Position numbers and translations under genes: made by a program
Shown: positions 11,298 through 23,637 of the stretch, piece after piece
Layout of the letters: each line of letters starts with the position of its first letter
Numbering within the stretch: position 1 is the first letter of the stretch
Notes under the pieces: generated by a model
Seen by the model: only the letters and a program-made list of their open reading frames with translations
The model's database searches: none
Told to the model about the DNA's origin: nothing
Source: Octopus sinensis
Lineage: Eukaryota
Direction: 5' to 3'
DNA: 64,000 nucleotides
Assembly: GCF_006345805.1 (NCBI RefSeq)
Contig: NC_042998.1
Location: 26,598,001-26,662,000, forward strand

Positions 11298-12374
11298 CCC
11301 TTTCGTTACTATATTTCTGACCACAATACACCCCTTATGTGTTTCAATTAATTTCTAACATTATCATAAATTTAGTCTGGTTTCATTAAACAACTATAAC
11401 TTTTTTATTTATCAATATATTAACGGGAATTTTGGAACATAATTTAATGAAATGTTCCCAACCAATTCTATACTATAATTTTTGTCAAAAAGTGACTCTA
11501 ATTGCAGGTAGATACAGGTAAATTCAACAAAATATAAAATTATAAAAATTTTGTTCAAACATCGCTATAGAAAATGGGTTATTAGCTAATATTCAATTGG
11601 GTATACAAGAAAATTTTACGATAGAATTTGTTATTCTGGGTAACTTTCTGATACCTATAATAATATTTATGGCAAAATAGTCTTAATTTCATTTAAGGTT
11701 GTGGGAAACCACAAAGTATCCTTTCTTTCGCTTTGTTTACGTTTAGCGTAACGGTTCATTTCCGCCGTAATTATTTCAAATAGGCTCATTCGAAAAAGTA
11801 AAAAGAAATAGTCCAAGGCTTTACTCTTCTGGAAAAGTCTGTGGCTTGGTCCAGTTTCTTCAGAAAAATCACCGAAAGAAACAGTTTTTCAATTTTAACT
11901 CCATTCAGGTGCCAATTCATTTTCTTTATCACTGTCGGAGCTCTCGGATTCACTGTTTTCACTATCGGAAAATGAAACATCAGATTCATTATCAAATACC
12001 ACGTGCTTTTTTTTTTCAGTCATAGAGTTAGATTTATGAAGGTCTTCTGTAGAAAATCCTTCGAATTCTGACTCGCTGCTTGATATAATGAAATTCGTAT
12101 CCATTTTTTTGTCAGAATTACAAATTTTGAAAACACGATAGGAACAAATTTTGGAAAAAAATCTCTCAAAATTCACGGAATTAAAATTACACTTCGATTT
12201 TTGTACAAAACTGTAGTTGAACACTTTATGAAGTATAATACGTATTTTCACGAATGTACTAAAGAGATTTGCTCTGATATTCTCATTTAAATATGAATAG
12301 GTAAATTCGGGCGGTTTTGGGCGGCTTGGTCACATTAAGCAAAATTTTTTTCGGGCGGTTTGGTAACGAAAGGG
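11298..12374 (-). mobile_element. piggyBac internal-deletion derivative
   Basis: TTAA at 11294-11297 and 12375-12378, TIRs CCCTTTCGTTAC/GTAACGAAAGGG. Minus strand from ATG 12104 gives an acidic N-terminus then ETGP..ALDYFFLLF..EMNRYAK..LWFPTTLNEIK. No DDD core is present. Confidence 0.9.
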
Positions 12375-12559
12375 TTAAGCTATATTTGATTTATTCAAGA
12401 GTAATGATTCTCAACTAGGATCCATATAGAACTTTGGGGGGGTCCCAGCTAGCAAAACAGTAAATTAGGAATTCACAGTTGTATTTTAAGGAGCCCATAA
12501 AAAAAAATTTCTTTATATTTATTGCAAGAAACAGATAGGTTTCTTTCTCTCATATTTTA

Positions 12560-12775
12560 GAGAAAACGGAAAAATAGTCCTGAATTTTTGTCCGGTACCG
12601 GATCGATCCATCCCAAATCTATCCAGTTCATGCACATCACAAGGCCAAACATCCTTGAAAGTTTCATCCAAATCCATCCAGTGGCTCTTGAAACATCTTG
12701 TCCATAGACAAACAAACAAATGCGACCGAAAACAATACCTCTGCCTTAGTGAAGGCAGTGGTAATAATTCTATCT
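12560..12775 (+). mobile_element. Helentron/DINE-like non-autonomous element (partial)
   Basis: Ends in hairpin CCTCTGCC-TTAGTGAA-GGCAGTGG. Same family as 40214-40585 in the opposite orientation. Confidence 0.55.
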
Positions 12776-12964
12776 TCTGGAAGTACAAGGCCTCAAAGTG
12801 TAATATTTCCAATATTTCTCTCATATTTCAGAGAGTACCATTGCAACAATTGAATGTGTGAAAAACAAAATTGGAATTTCGAACGAAATAACTATAAAAC
12901 TAACTTGTAAACATTAAATGGCTATGGGTGCCCACCAGAACAAAATAGTAATCAAAGGGGTGCA

Positions 12965-13660
12965 TATGAGGTGGTATTAATCAAAATGTTCCCAGACTAG
13001 TTCTGTAGTGTGCCAACAGGTGGCAGCACATGGCTGCATGCACAGTGAGAACTAGGAGTGACCTTCATGAGGCAATGTGCCAAGTGATGTTGGTGTGTTT
13101 ATTTCACAAGTTGTGAAATTTGTGTTTTTGTGACCACGTGTGTGCCATAGTCCACATTAAACTTGGGGAAGTCTGCTACAGAGACATTTAGCATGCTTTG
13201 GCAAGCCTACAGCAATGAGGCAATGGGTTGTCTGCAATGTTTTGAATGGCATGGGTAATTCGAAAGCAGGAGAATGTCCTTGGAAGATGATAAGCAATCT
13301 GGGTGACTTGCATCATCCCCCCAGAAATGTGGTACTGTGCATTGAGTATTCATCCCCCAGGGCCAGACTATCAGTCAAGTGTTCTGCTGTGGTGTTTTGA
13401 AGTGTCATTCAACTAAAGCGACCGGATCTGTGGGGTGTGAAGAATTGTATTTTTCGCAATGACAATGTACCCTGATACTAGGCTCTCCTCACTTGTGAGT
13501 TTCTCACCAAAAATAGCATGGTATCGCTTCCATACCCACCCTGTTTGCCAGATTTAGCACATACAGACTTCCATCTCTTCCCCAAGATGAAAATGCAGCT
13601 CAAAGGTCACCTTTTTAATACCGTTGTTGAGACCCAGAGGAAATCACAGGTCTTTGACTG
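12965..13660 (+). mobile_element. Decayed mariner (DD34D-type) transposon
   Basis: YPPCLPDLAHTDFHLFPKMKMQLKG at about 13530-13610 matches the mariner HPPYSPDLAPxDFxLF motif. There are many stops and frameshifts. Confidence 0.65.
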
Positions 13661-15669
13661 AGGCTTCTCCTTGAAAAATACGCTTTTTTTTTTGAAAAAA
13701 ATTTTCAGATCCCTACATTTTGGATGTCAGAGATTACGAATATGAAAAAAAAAAATTTTTTTTTTAATTCTCCACCCCCGATTTAAATTTTTGATTTTCT
13801 TTACGTTAAAGAGATCGTAGCGAATTGACAAACATATGCAAATTGAAATTAAATACAGACAAAAACATTAAAGTGATAAGAATTTGTGTTTTACTTGTGC
13901 TTGCCTTAAATAATTGTAAATAATGATGTAACATTTTCATCCATTTATCTGTCTATTTTTCCCTGTCCGTTTATTCATAAAATATATTTGTCAACTAAAT
14001 GTAGCGGTCCTATAGAAGATGGTGTCATTGTTGTTTATAGCCCCAGGAAGACATTCATATCTACCTATCTCTTTATACACCTATCTATATGCCAAATATA
14101 CACCTATCTATAACAACCAAATAAATATTCTTCATATCACATCTTGTCATCTGAAGCATAGAACGGGCATATATAACAGTCCTCGATGCATTATGTTTGA
14201 GACAAAAAGATGGGATTGCCATGGGTAGAAAGTCTTTGCCAATAAGGCTGTTCATTCAGAGCTGACTTGGAGCTAAATTTGTGCTGCTGTTACATCATCA
14301 AAATCGTTTTAACATCTACTTTTTCATACTTGCATGTGTCAAATGAAGAAGCAGTTTTTCCTTCCTGTTGCCAAACCTCACCTGTTCCAGGTAAGGTAAT
14401 ATTTTGCAGTGACCAGACGTATTTTCACAGACTGGAAACAAGCAACGCATATTTACAACTGCCATACAATGTCAAGATGAACACATGCACAGATACATAT
14501 GTTCATAAGCACACACCCACACACACAAATACTTATGCACATGAACACACACACAAATACATATGCACATGTGCACACACACAAATACATATGCGCACAA
14601 GCACACATACACTCACACACACATGCATATACAATGAGCTTCTTCCAGTTTTTTATCTCATATAAGGCTTGTGTTGTTCTACAGCTCTTGTGGAATACTC
14701 TCACCCAAGGTGCCATGCAGATCAAAGACCAAGCTTAGAAGCACAGATTTGGAAAGCAAACTTATTCATCCATGACTGTGCCTCTGTTAAAACAATTATG
14801 CTTTTCTTTCCAAATTCACCTGTTCATGAAATTATTCATAAATAGACATCACACAATTCACAAAACTATTAGAAATACTATTAGAAAGAACTTTATTCAC
14901 ATATCTTTGTCCAGCTGCATTAAAGTTCCAAACATTTTACAAGACTTCTGATAATCTGCCATTCCTTGGTCTTATTACACATTCATTATTTCCCTAAACG
15001 ATATTCACTGCTTTTACTAAGAATTATTAGTACATCAGTTTACAATGTTTAATTAATTCATCAAGTTTTTATTATAAGAGACATACGTACTCTTTACTCT
15101 TTACTTGTTTCAGTCATTTGACTGCAGCCATGCTGGAGCACCACCTTTAGTCGAGCAAATCTTTGTAAGCTTAGTACTTATTCTATCGGTTTCTTTTGCT
15201 GGACCGCTAAGTTACAGGGATGTAAACACGCCAGCATCGGTTATCAAGCGATGCTAGGGGAACAAACACACACACACATATATATACGATGGTTTTCTTT
15301 CAGTTTCCATCTACCAAATCCACTCACAAGGTTTTGGTTTGCTCGAGGCTATAGCAGAAGACACAGCTGATACTCAGCTTATTCTTCTCTAAATCAAGCA
15401 TGTCCTTTACATATACTATGCTTGTAATTCATAAAATATGTATTTTCTACAAAAAGAACAGCCTCTTCATTCATTTTTTTAAACAGAACTAAGGCATTAG
15501 GAAGGTGCAGGTGTGACTGTGTGGTAAGAAGCTTGCATCCCAACCACATGGTTCTAGGTTCAGTTCCACAATGTGTCACCATGGGCAAGTGTTTTTACTA
15601 TAGTCTTGGGCTGACCAAAGACTTGTGAGTGGATTTGGTAGACAGAAACTGAAAGAAGCCCATAATATA

Positions 15670-16217
15670 TCTTTTATATAAAATCCGTTCTGTGTGTGTG
15701 TCTTCTCAGATCTTGGGCATTCTCCATCTGATTGCGCTCAAATTTGATATATAGATACCAACGGTATCAGGACGTGTATAAGTTTTGAAAAAATTACAAA
15801 AATCAATTCCAGGTTAGAATGCAATTGATAAAGCCATTTTTGTCCTGCTTTTCTTCTGTCAACCTGTAGATAACTGCACCTTCCATTTTTTGTTGTTTTT
15901 ATACTGCTTAAAGGCACATTTCTTTCCTGCTAGGTTTACTGTTTAAACCATGTTTGTGTTCTCCCAGTCAACAGCCTTATCATTACTGATACTTTAAACT
16001 CTTTGGTTGCATATTTGTGTGAATAAAATCGTTTTTCTTTGGAATAGAAAAAAAGTCTATCTTTATTTCTTCTTTTGCTGGTGTCTCAAATTTAGGTTAA
16101 ATCAGTGTTTTTCAAAGGGGAGGCCTATGGGACGGTCGGACAAGTTGTTTTGAGAAACTTTAGTTTAAATGTTTGACAACTCAGCACCGTCCATTGGACG
16201 GGGGTGCGTTTTGCTCG
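15670..16217 (+). mobile_element. Non-autonomous Helitron-like element with CTCG end
   Basis: A|TC 5' end, subterminal hairpin GCACCGTCC-ATT-GGACGGGGGTGC and CTCG|T 3' end. A second copy lies at 63394-63775. Confidence 0.6.
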
Positions 16218-16554
16218 TATATATATTATGTGTGCATGCGTGCATCTTTGTTTGTCCCCCACCACCACTTGACAACCGGTGTTGGTTTGTTTATGTTCCC
16301 ATAACTTACCGGTTCTGCACAAGAGGCCAATAGAATAAGCACCAGACTTTAAAAAAAAAAAACCCTAAAATAAATACTGGGGTTGATTCATTCAGAAAAT
16401 TATTGAAGGTGGTGCCCCAGCATAGCCGTGATCTAATGACTGAAACAAGTAAAAGAAGATAAAAAATATAAGATTCTGATTTGAAAGGATCACTTGTGAT
16501 TGTTGTGGGAGTGGCTGAGAGTTAAAGCTGGTTACAGAATTATTTTAAAAAGCA

Positions 16555-16917
16555 CTAGCAGTGTCGCCCGGCGTTGTTCGGGTTTGTTTCGACCCTTAGA
16601 ATTGAAATTTTTGAAAAGTATAAATTTTGCATTATGTAGCCTGGAACATTTTTCTGGTTGAAATACACCAAAAAATGACGACACAGCAGTAAAAATAGGG
16701 ATTTTCATAGAAAAAAAAGCACCTTTTTGATGTAAATAATGTTTGGTATTAACGTGGTCCAATTTGAATTTTTTCTTCTACGGAAGGAAGAGCAAGCCTT
16801 CTTCTAATATACTCTCAATTTTGGTCAACTTGCACCGCAAAGTCTCGGAGGAGATAGCGTTAGTTGAAGGCTACCAAACCTGCCATACACAGACAACTTC
16901 AGCTTTATATGTAGAGA
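16555..16917 (-). mobile_element. Non-autonomous Helitron
   Basis: Minus strand 5'-TC...CCCGAACAACGCCGGG hairpin...CTAG-3', inserted between A and T. Confidence 0.75.
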
Positions 16918-17607
16918 TGAAGAAGTATGAAATAAGCCTTATCATGACTGGTTTCGATAAACATAGCAGAAATATTTATAATTTTTGATTGCGATTTTAT
17001 GGAATGAAGATAAAGAATATTTTTAGAATTGAAAAACATCAGTCTTAGAATATTAAAAAAAAAAAAAAAACATTTTTAAAAAGTAAAATTTTAATCAAAT
17101 AATTGGCTAGCCACTTTATCAGCAATGACCCAACTGCAAGAGTAATCATCAAATTTAATTATTTCTCTTTATACAAGTGATACATAATTCTCATATAATA
17201 CAACTATGAAGCAAGTATCATTAAATGCTGAAATTATCAAAATATCTAATTCAAAGACTATTTCATTAAGCAACTTTATTTCATTTTCGAACAAATGTAT
17301 TTTTCTTTATTGTATATTTTCATTATTTATTTAATATTTCCTGTTTTTATTTTTCATTTGCAGTATTAATACCATTTTATTATTATTTACTTTTGTTGCT
17401 CACAATTTGACTCAATGCAAATCCCCTGCTTTGTTTTCTTATTAATTTCCCCTATGGACCTTCCTCAAAATCTTAGGCCTTTGTGACTAATAAAAAAAAT
17501 TATAATCTAATAGATATAACTCGTTGTAGCCCCAATACATTTGTAACACATTCATTATTTCCCTAATCTATATTCATTCCCTGTTTTTACTAAGAATTAT
17601 TAGTACA

Positions 17608-17990
17608 CTAGCAGTATCACCCGGCGTTGCTCAGGTTTGTAAGGGAAATAACTATAAAGCATTTTTAGAGAGTTATAGCCAAAAAATAGCAAAAAAATGG
17701 GAAAAAAATGATGGTAAATTTTTTTGAGAGTTAAAAAAGGTGGAGTTGCGTCCCCTAGACGGTCTGTGGTTTGGGTTTCTGATTCTCGACCCCATGTCGA
17801 ATTTATCGATTTTTTTCAGAACTGGGGGAACTTTTCAAAATTTTCGCTGCGTTAGTTTTGAATTATGACATTGGGCTATGTGTGTGTCAAGTTTCATCAG
17901 AATCGGTTGAAAGCCGTGGCCAGAGTGAGGGTACGAGAAAACAGACACACAGAAAACGCACAGACAAACTGCCGTTTATATAGAGAGAGA
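17608..17990 (-). mobile_element. Non-autonomous Helitron (filled site; empty paralogous site at 15034/15035)
   Basis: 5'-TC...CTAG-3' with subterminal hairpin. Flanks join as GTACA|TCAGTTT in the related copy at about 14978-15090, with no TSD. Confidence 0.85.
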
Positions 17991-18619
17991 TCAGTTTACG
18001 ATGTTTAATTAATTCATCAAGTTTTTATTATGGGAGACATGTGTAGATTCCATTTATAAAGAGATTAAAGACTAACCACTGTGTAAAAGTCAAAGATATG
18101 AGAGACAAATACTAAAAGACGGAAATAGAATCAGAACAAACAACTAAGTTAATATTGAAGGTTTTTAGCGGAAACATACACAACTACAACACTTCTATGA
18201 ATAAAAATTTGCAAGTGTACATAATGTTTGGTCCATATTATTCTATAAGGAGCATAAGGCTGGTTCCCTGGATTCTCTGGCATAATATATTCCTCTCTGG
18301 ACAGAACACCGGTCCGGTGCAGCATTACTCATTTTTGCCAGCTGAGTGGACTGGAGCAATGTGAAATGAAGTGTCTTGCTCAAGAACACAACACATTGCC
18401 TGGTTCAGGAATTGAAACCGCAATCTTATAATCATGAGTCTAACACTGTAACCACTAAGGCATGTGCCTTCACTAAGTTTTACACAATAGTCACTAAAAA
18501 TAATAGAAATCCCGCACCCAAAAGAAGAAATATTTAAATCAAATTCCATTTTATGAAATTCCTTCAGTCATTCTTTATGAGTCAATGAACGCAATTTGGG
18601 TCAAGAACATGAGATATTC

Positions 18620-19750
18620 TTTTCTACTCTAAGTATAAGGCCCAAAATTTTGGGGAGGGGGGGGCAGTCGATTAGATCAACACCAGTACACAACTGGTAC
18701 TTCTAAAGGATGAAAGGCAAGGTCGATCTAGGCGGAATTTTATCTCAGAACATAAAGGCAGATGAAATACCACTAAGTATTTCACTTGGCATGCTAACAT
18801 TTCTGCCAGCTCACCACCTTGAATATTCTTTTCTCTCTAAGCACAAGGCCCAAAATTTTTGGGGAAGGGGCCAGTCGATTAGATTGATCTCAGTACACAA
18901 CTGGTACTTAATTTATCGACCCTGAAAGGATGAAAGGCAAAGATGACCTTGGCGGAATTTGAATTCGGAACATAAAGACAGACGAATTACCGCTAAGTAT
19001 GTTTCCCGGCATGCTAACATTTCTGTCAGCTTGCCTCCTTACTATAATCGTTTCTACTCTGGAGAGGAGGACCAGTCAATTAGATCGACCCCAGTATGCA
19101 ACTGGTTCTTAATTTATCGACCCCGAAAGGATGAAAAGGCAAGGTTGATCTTAGCAGAATTTGAAGTCAGAACATAACGGCAGACGAAATACCTATTTCT
19201 TTACTACCCACACGATTCTGCCAGTTTGCCACTTTTCAAAGAAAAATAATGACTTAAAACTGGATTGTAACATAAAAGGACATACTGCCCACAAGGGGCT
19301 AAACATAGAGGGGACAAACAAGGACAGACAAACGGATTAAGTCAATTATATTGACCCCCAGTGCATAACTAGTACTTATTTAATCGACCCCAAAAGGATG
19401 AAAGGCAAAGTCGACCTCGGCGGAATTTGAACTCAGAACGTAGCGGCAGACGAAATACCTATTTCTTTACTACCCACAAGGGGCTAAACACAGAGGGAAC
19501 AAACAAGGACAGACATGGGTATTAAGTCGATTACATCGACCCCAGTTCGTAACTGGTACTTAATTTATCGACCCCGAAAGGATGAAAGGCAAAGTCGACC
19601 TCGGTGGAATTTGAACTCACAACGTAACGCAGACGAAATACGGCTACGCATTTCGCCCTGCGCGCTAACGTGTCTGCCAGCTCGCCACCAGACGAAATAC
19701 CACTAAGCATTTTGCCTGGCATGCTAATGATTCTGCCAGCTTGCCACCTT
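18620..19750 (-). mobile_element. Head-to-tail multimer of SINE family B (about 5-6 units)
   Basis: Repeated CGACCCCGAAAGGATGAAAGGCAAAGTCGACC blocks, all on the minus strand. Confidence 0.8.
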
Positions 19751-20307
19751 CAAGTTACTTTATTTATTGCCCCCAGAAGGTTGAAGAGCAAGGTTGATTT
19801 TGACATGATTTGATCAGCAAAAAGCAAGACGTGAAAATAAATGCTGCGAGTAGTGTGTCTTATGTTCAGATGACTCTGCTAATTCACCATCTTTAATTAT
19901 TTTAAAATCTAGTTGCCATCGTCGACACCATTCATTTGCCCTGTTTTATTCAGGCTAAAAATACTAGTGTTTTTTTTTTTTAACTTTATGCATCCCGTGA
20001 ATGGTTAAATGAAGACCTGAACAGGTAATTAATACACATTATTGTCTGAAATATGAAACAAATGGATGCAACAAGACCTATTGTTCATTAAAGCAACAAG
20101 TTACTAATGAATTATTATTCAAATTAATTCATTTGACAGAAACTAAAAACCAAAAGAAGTAAATAATGAAAATTTCATTTTGAAAAAATAATTTGTTAAT
20201 TAATTTTTCTGTTACATCTCAATTTATTAGTTTCATTGCTTACGTGAGTAATTTGTGTAAGAAAATTGGCATCTTATCTAATGCTATATTACAGCAAAAT
20301 ATAATTG

Positions 20308-21150
20308 GTGCAGGAGTGGCTGTTTGGTAAGTAGCTTGCTTACCAACCACATTGTTCCAGGTTCAGTCCCACTGTGTGGCACCTTGGGCAAATGTCTTCT
20401 ACTATAGCTCTGGGCGGATCAAAGCCTTGTGAGTGGATTTGGTAAGCAGAAACTGAAAGAAGCCTGTCATTTATATGTGTGTATATATATATATATATAT
20501 GTATGTATGAATGTATGTATATGTTTGTGTGCCCTTGTTTGTCCCCCACCATTGCTTGACAACCGATGTTGATGTATTTACATCCTCATAACTTAGCGTT
20601 TCAGCAAAGGAGACCGAATATGTACTAGGCTTACAAAGAATTCATGGCTACAATCAAATGACTAAAAAAAGTAAGAGATATATGTGTGTGTGTATATGTA
20701 TGTATGTATGTATGATGTATATATGTATATATATATATATGTATATATATATATGTGTGTGTGTGTATGTAGGCGCAGGAGTGGCTGTGTGGTAAGTAGC
20801 TTGTTTACTAACCACATGGTTCCGGGTCCAGTCCCACTGCGTGGCACCTTGGGCAAGTGTCTTCTACTATAGCCTCGGGCCGACCAAAGCCTTGTGAGTG
20901 GATTTGGTAGGCGGAAACTGAAAGAAGCCCGTCGTATATATGTATATATATATATATATATATGCGTGTCTGTGTTTGTCCCCCTAGCATTGCTTGACAA
21001 CCGATGCTAGTGTGTTTATGTCCCCGTTACTTAGCAGTTCGGCAAAAGAGGCTGATAGAATAAGTCCCTGGGTCGAGTTGCTCGATTAAAGGCGGTGCTC
21101 CAGCATGGCCGCAGTCAAGTGACTGAAACAAGTAAAAGAGTAAAGAGTAG
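20308..21150 (+). mobile_element. Two adjacent SINE family A copies
   Basis: About 20308-20670 and 20773-21150, each with head, microsatellite and tail. Confidence 0.85.
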
Positions 21151-22102
21151 AAGAGAGTATGTATGCTTACATGTATTAGATAATGGTTCATGTTCTTGTT
21201 ATCCTTATTGATGTTGTAAGATAAGAGAGATATATAGAGACTACCTCAATTATATATTTCAACAAATATCAACACATCTCTGAAGAATTTCAACTGCTTT
21301 ATTCAGTGTATTTCTGATCAAATGCACTTAAATTAACTTCACAAAATCTAGACCAAGAAATCTAAATAAGCGGCCCTTAAGCTTAATCCTGTAAACCAGA
21401 CCTTAAATATCATATCTTCTCTGGCGGTAATTCCAAATCGCAAAACCCTACAAGCGTGTTTGAAGAAATGGTTCACTCTGTGTACAAGTAGCTTGCACAG
21501 TTACACACGTGCGTATGCTGAATTTATGCCAAGGGGAAATACATGTGAGTAACAACAACAACAGCAACAATGTCAATGACATTGATTACATTTCATTTAG
21601 TAATTATCCACTTGATTTAATCTATTATTATATTGCTATTAATCCAAATGGTATTTCAGAGAAAAGCCGGTTAACGATTTGAAACAAATCCACATCATTA
21701 ACGATGTACCAATTATATATAAAACTGAAATATAATACTTCGTTTGTCTCGAAAATTATGTCTAAACAATTTACTATAACATATCAGTGAAATTCTAAAC
21801 TATTTCCATGAGTTTAAAAAAATTTGCGAGTAAACAAATGATTTCCGTTGTGTTCGTATTTGTTAACATTGGTTCTGTTACATAAAACTTGATAATGACC
21901 CTGTTTGCTTTTAAATCCACCCAGTAGCATTTCTGATGGTGAGGGGATTTGCTTAATGTCAATATCTTCCTGTTTATTTATGATTTCATGGATAATGAAT
22001 TGCCAAGATCTTTAGAAGCAATATTTGTCAAGGTTAACTTAATTGTAGTAAGATGAAATACACACATTCACACAAACCGCATGCACACACACATATATAT
22101 AG

Positions 22103-22430
22103 TGAAGGCATGTGGCTTAGTGGTTAGGGCGTTCGGTTCATGATAGTAAGGTCGAGAGTTCGATTCCCGGTGACACGATGTGTCCTTGAGCAAGACACTT
22201 TATTTCATTTTGCCCCAGTCCACTCAGCTGGCAAAAATGAGTTGTGTCTGTATTTCAAAGGGCCAGCTTTGTCACACTTTGGGTCACACTGAATCTCCCT
22301 GAGAACTACATTAAGGGTACACATGTCTGTGGAGTGCTCAGCCACTTGCATGTTAATTTCATGAGCAAGCTGTTCTGTTGATTGGATCAGCTGGGACTCT
22401 CGTCATCGTAACCGACATAGTACTCCTATA
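22103..22430 (+). mobile_element. tRNA-derived SINE family D
   Basis: TGGCTTAGTGGTTAG A box, GAGTTCGATTCCC B box and GTGTCCTTGAGCAAGACACTT core. Partial minus-strand copies at about 18300-18480, 32320-32430 and 51640-51770. Confidence 0.7.
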
Positions 22431-23424
22431 TCTTTTATCTTTTACTTGTCTCAGTCAGTAGACTGAGGCCAGGCTGGGGCATTGCATTGGAAATTTTTTA
22501 GTTGACTAAATTGACTGCAGTACACACATTTTTTTAAAGCCTGGTTCTTATTCTATCAGTATCTTTTGCTGAACCACTAAGTTACAGGGATGTAACCAAA
22601 CCAACACTGGTTGTCAAGCAGTGGTGGCGGACAAACAGATACAAAAACAACACACACACTATATATATATATATATTATATATATATATATGTGTGTGTG
22701 TGTATAAAGATAAGTTAAATAGAGAAATACTATTGACAATCCAATAATCCATATATATAAAAATGAGAATGTGTGTGTATGTGTGTCTGTTTGTACGCCT
22801 GAATCCCTAAAACTCAAGAATTACACAACTGATTTCATTCAAATTTTACACATGCCTTAATTAGGGCCCATGTAGTGTCATGGGACAAAAAAATTTTCAA
22901 CTTCTTACCTAATGTGAGCCCAGAGCAATCTCTTATCTCTTCTATTTCAATGTTATGTGTCAAAAGTGAAACAATAACATCTCTCTATTGTAATGTCAGA
23001 TACTTTCACTTTCATAATTTCACTATTAATACTGAAACTATTATCTCACATATACACAGGCATACACCCATACATATATACATACATATTATGTATATAT
23101 ATATGTAGGCATCTGCACATATGTTTATATATAGATTTATAAGTTTAAATATGTATGTATATGTGTGTGTATATATATATATAGATGTATATGTAATATG
23201 TACACATATACACATATATACATGCATATATATATATATACATACATACATATATACATACACACATGTGCAAGTGTGGCTATGTGGTAAGAAACTTGGT
23301 TCTAAAACAGATGGTCCTGGGTTCAGTCCCACTGTGTGGTAACTTGGCATGTGTCTTCTGCTATAGTCTCTGACCAACCAAAACCTTGTGAGTGGATTTC
23401 AAAGACAGACACTGAAAGAAATCA

Positions 23425-23461
<37 letters not shown>

Positions 23462-23637
23462 TATATATGTATATATAATGTATATATATATGTATATATA
23501 TATGTATATGTATATAATATGTATTATTATATGTATATTATATGTATATGTATATACTTGATACTTTGATAGGTTTCGGCCATTATTGGCCCAGGCCATG
23601 TCTAACTTAATAGCACCACCTGGTGAAGTCTTTCAAG

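Noticed and set aside
23573-23600. Stem plus GAAAC at the LINE 3' end (and SINE A tails) resembling half a hammerhead
   Set aside because: No CUGANGA upstream and no NUH/stem III. Treated as the LINE recognition stem-loop.
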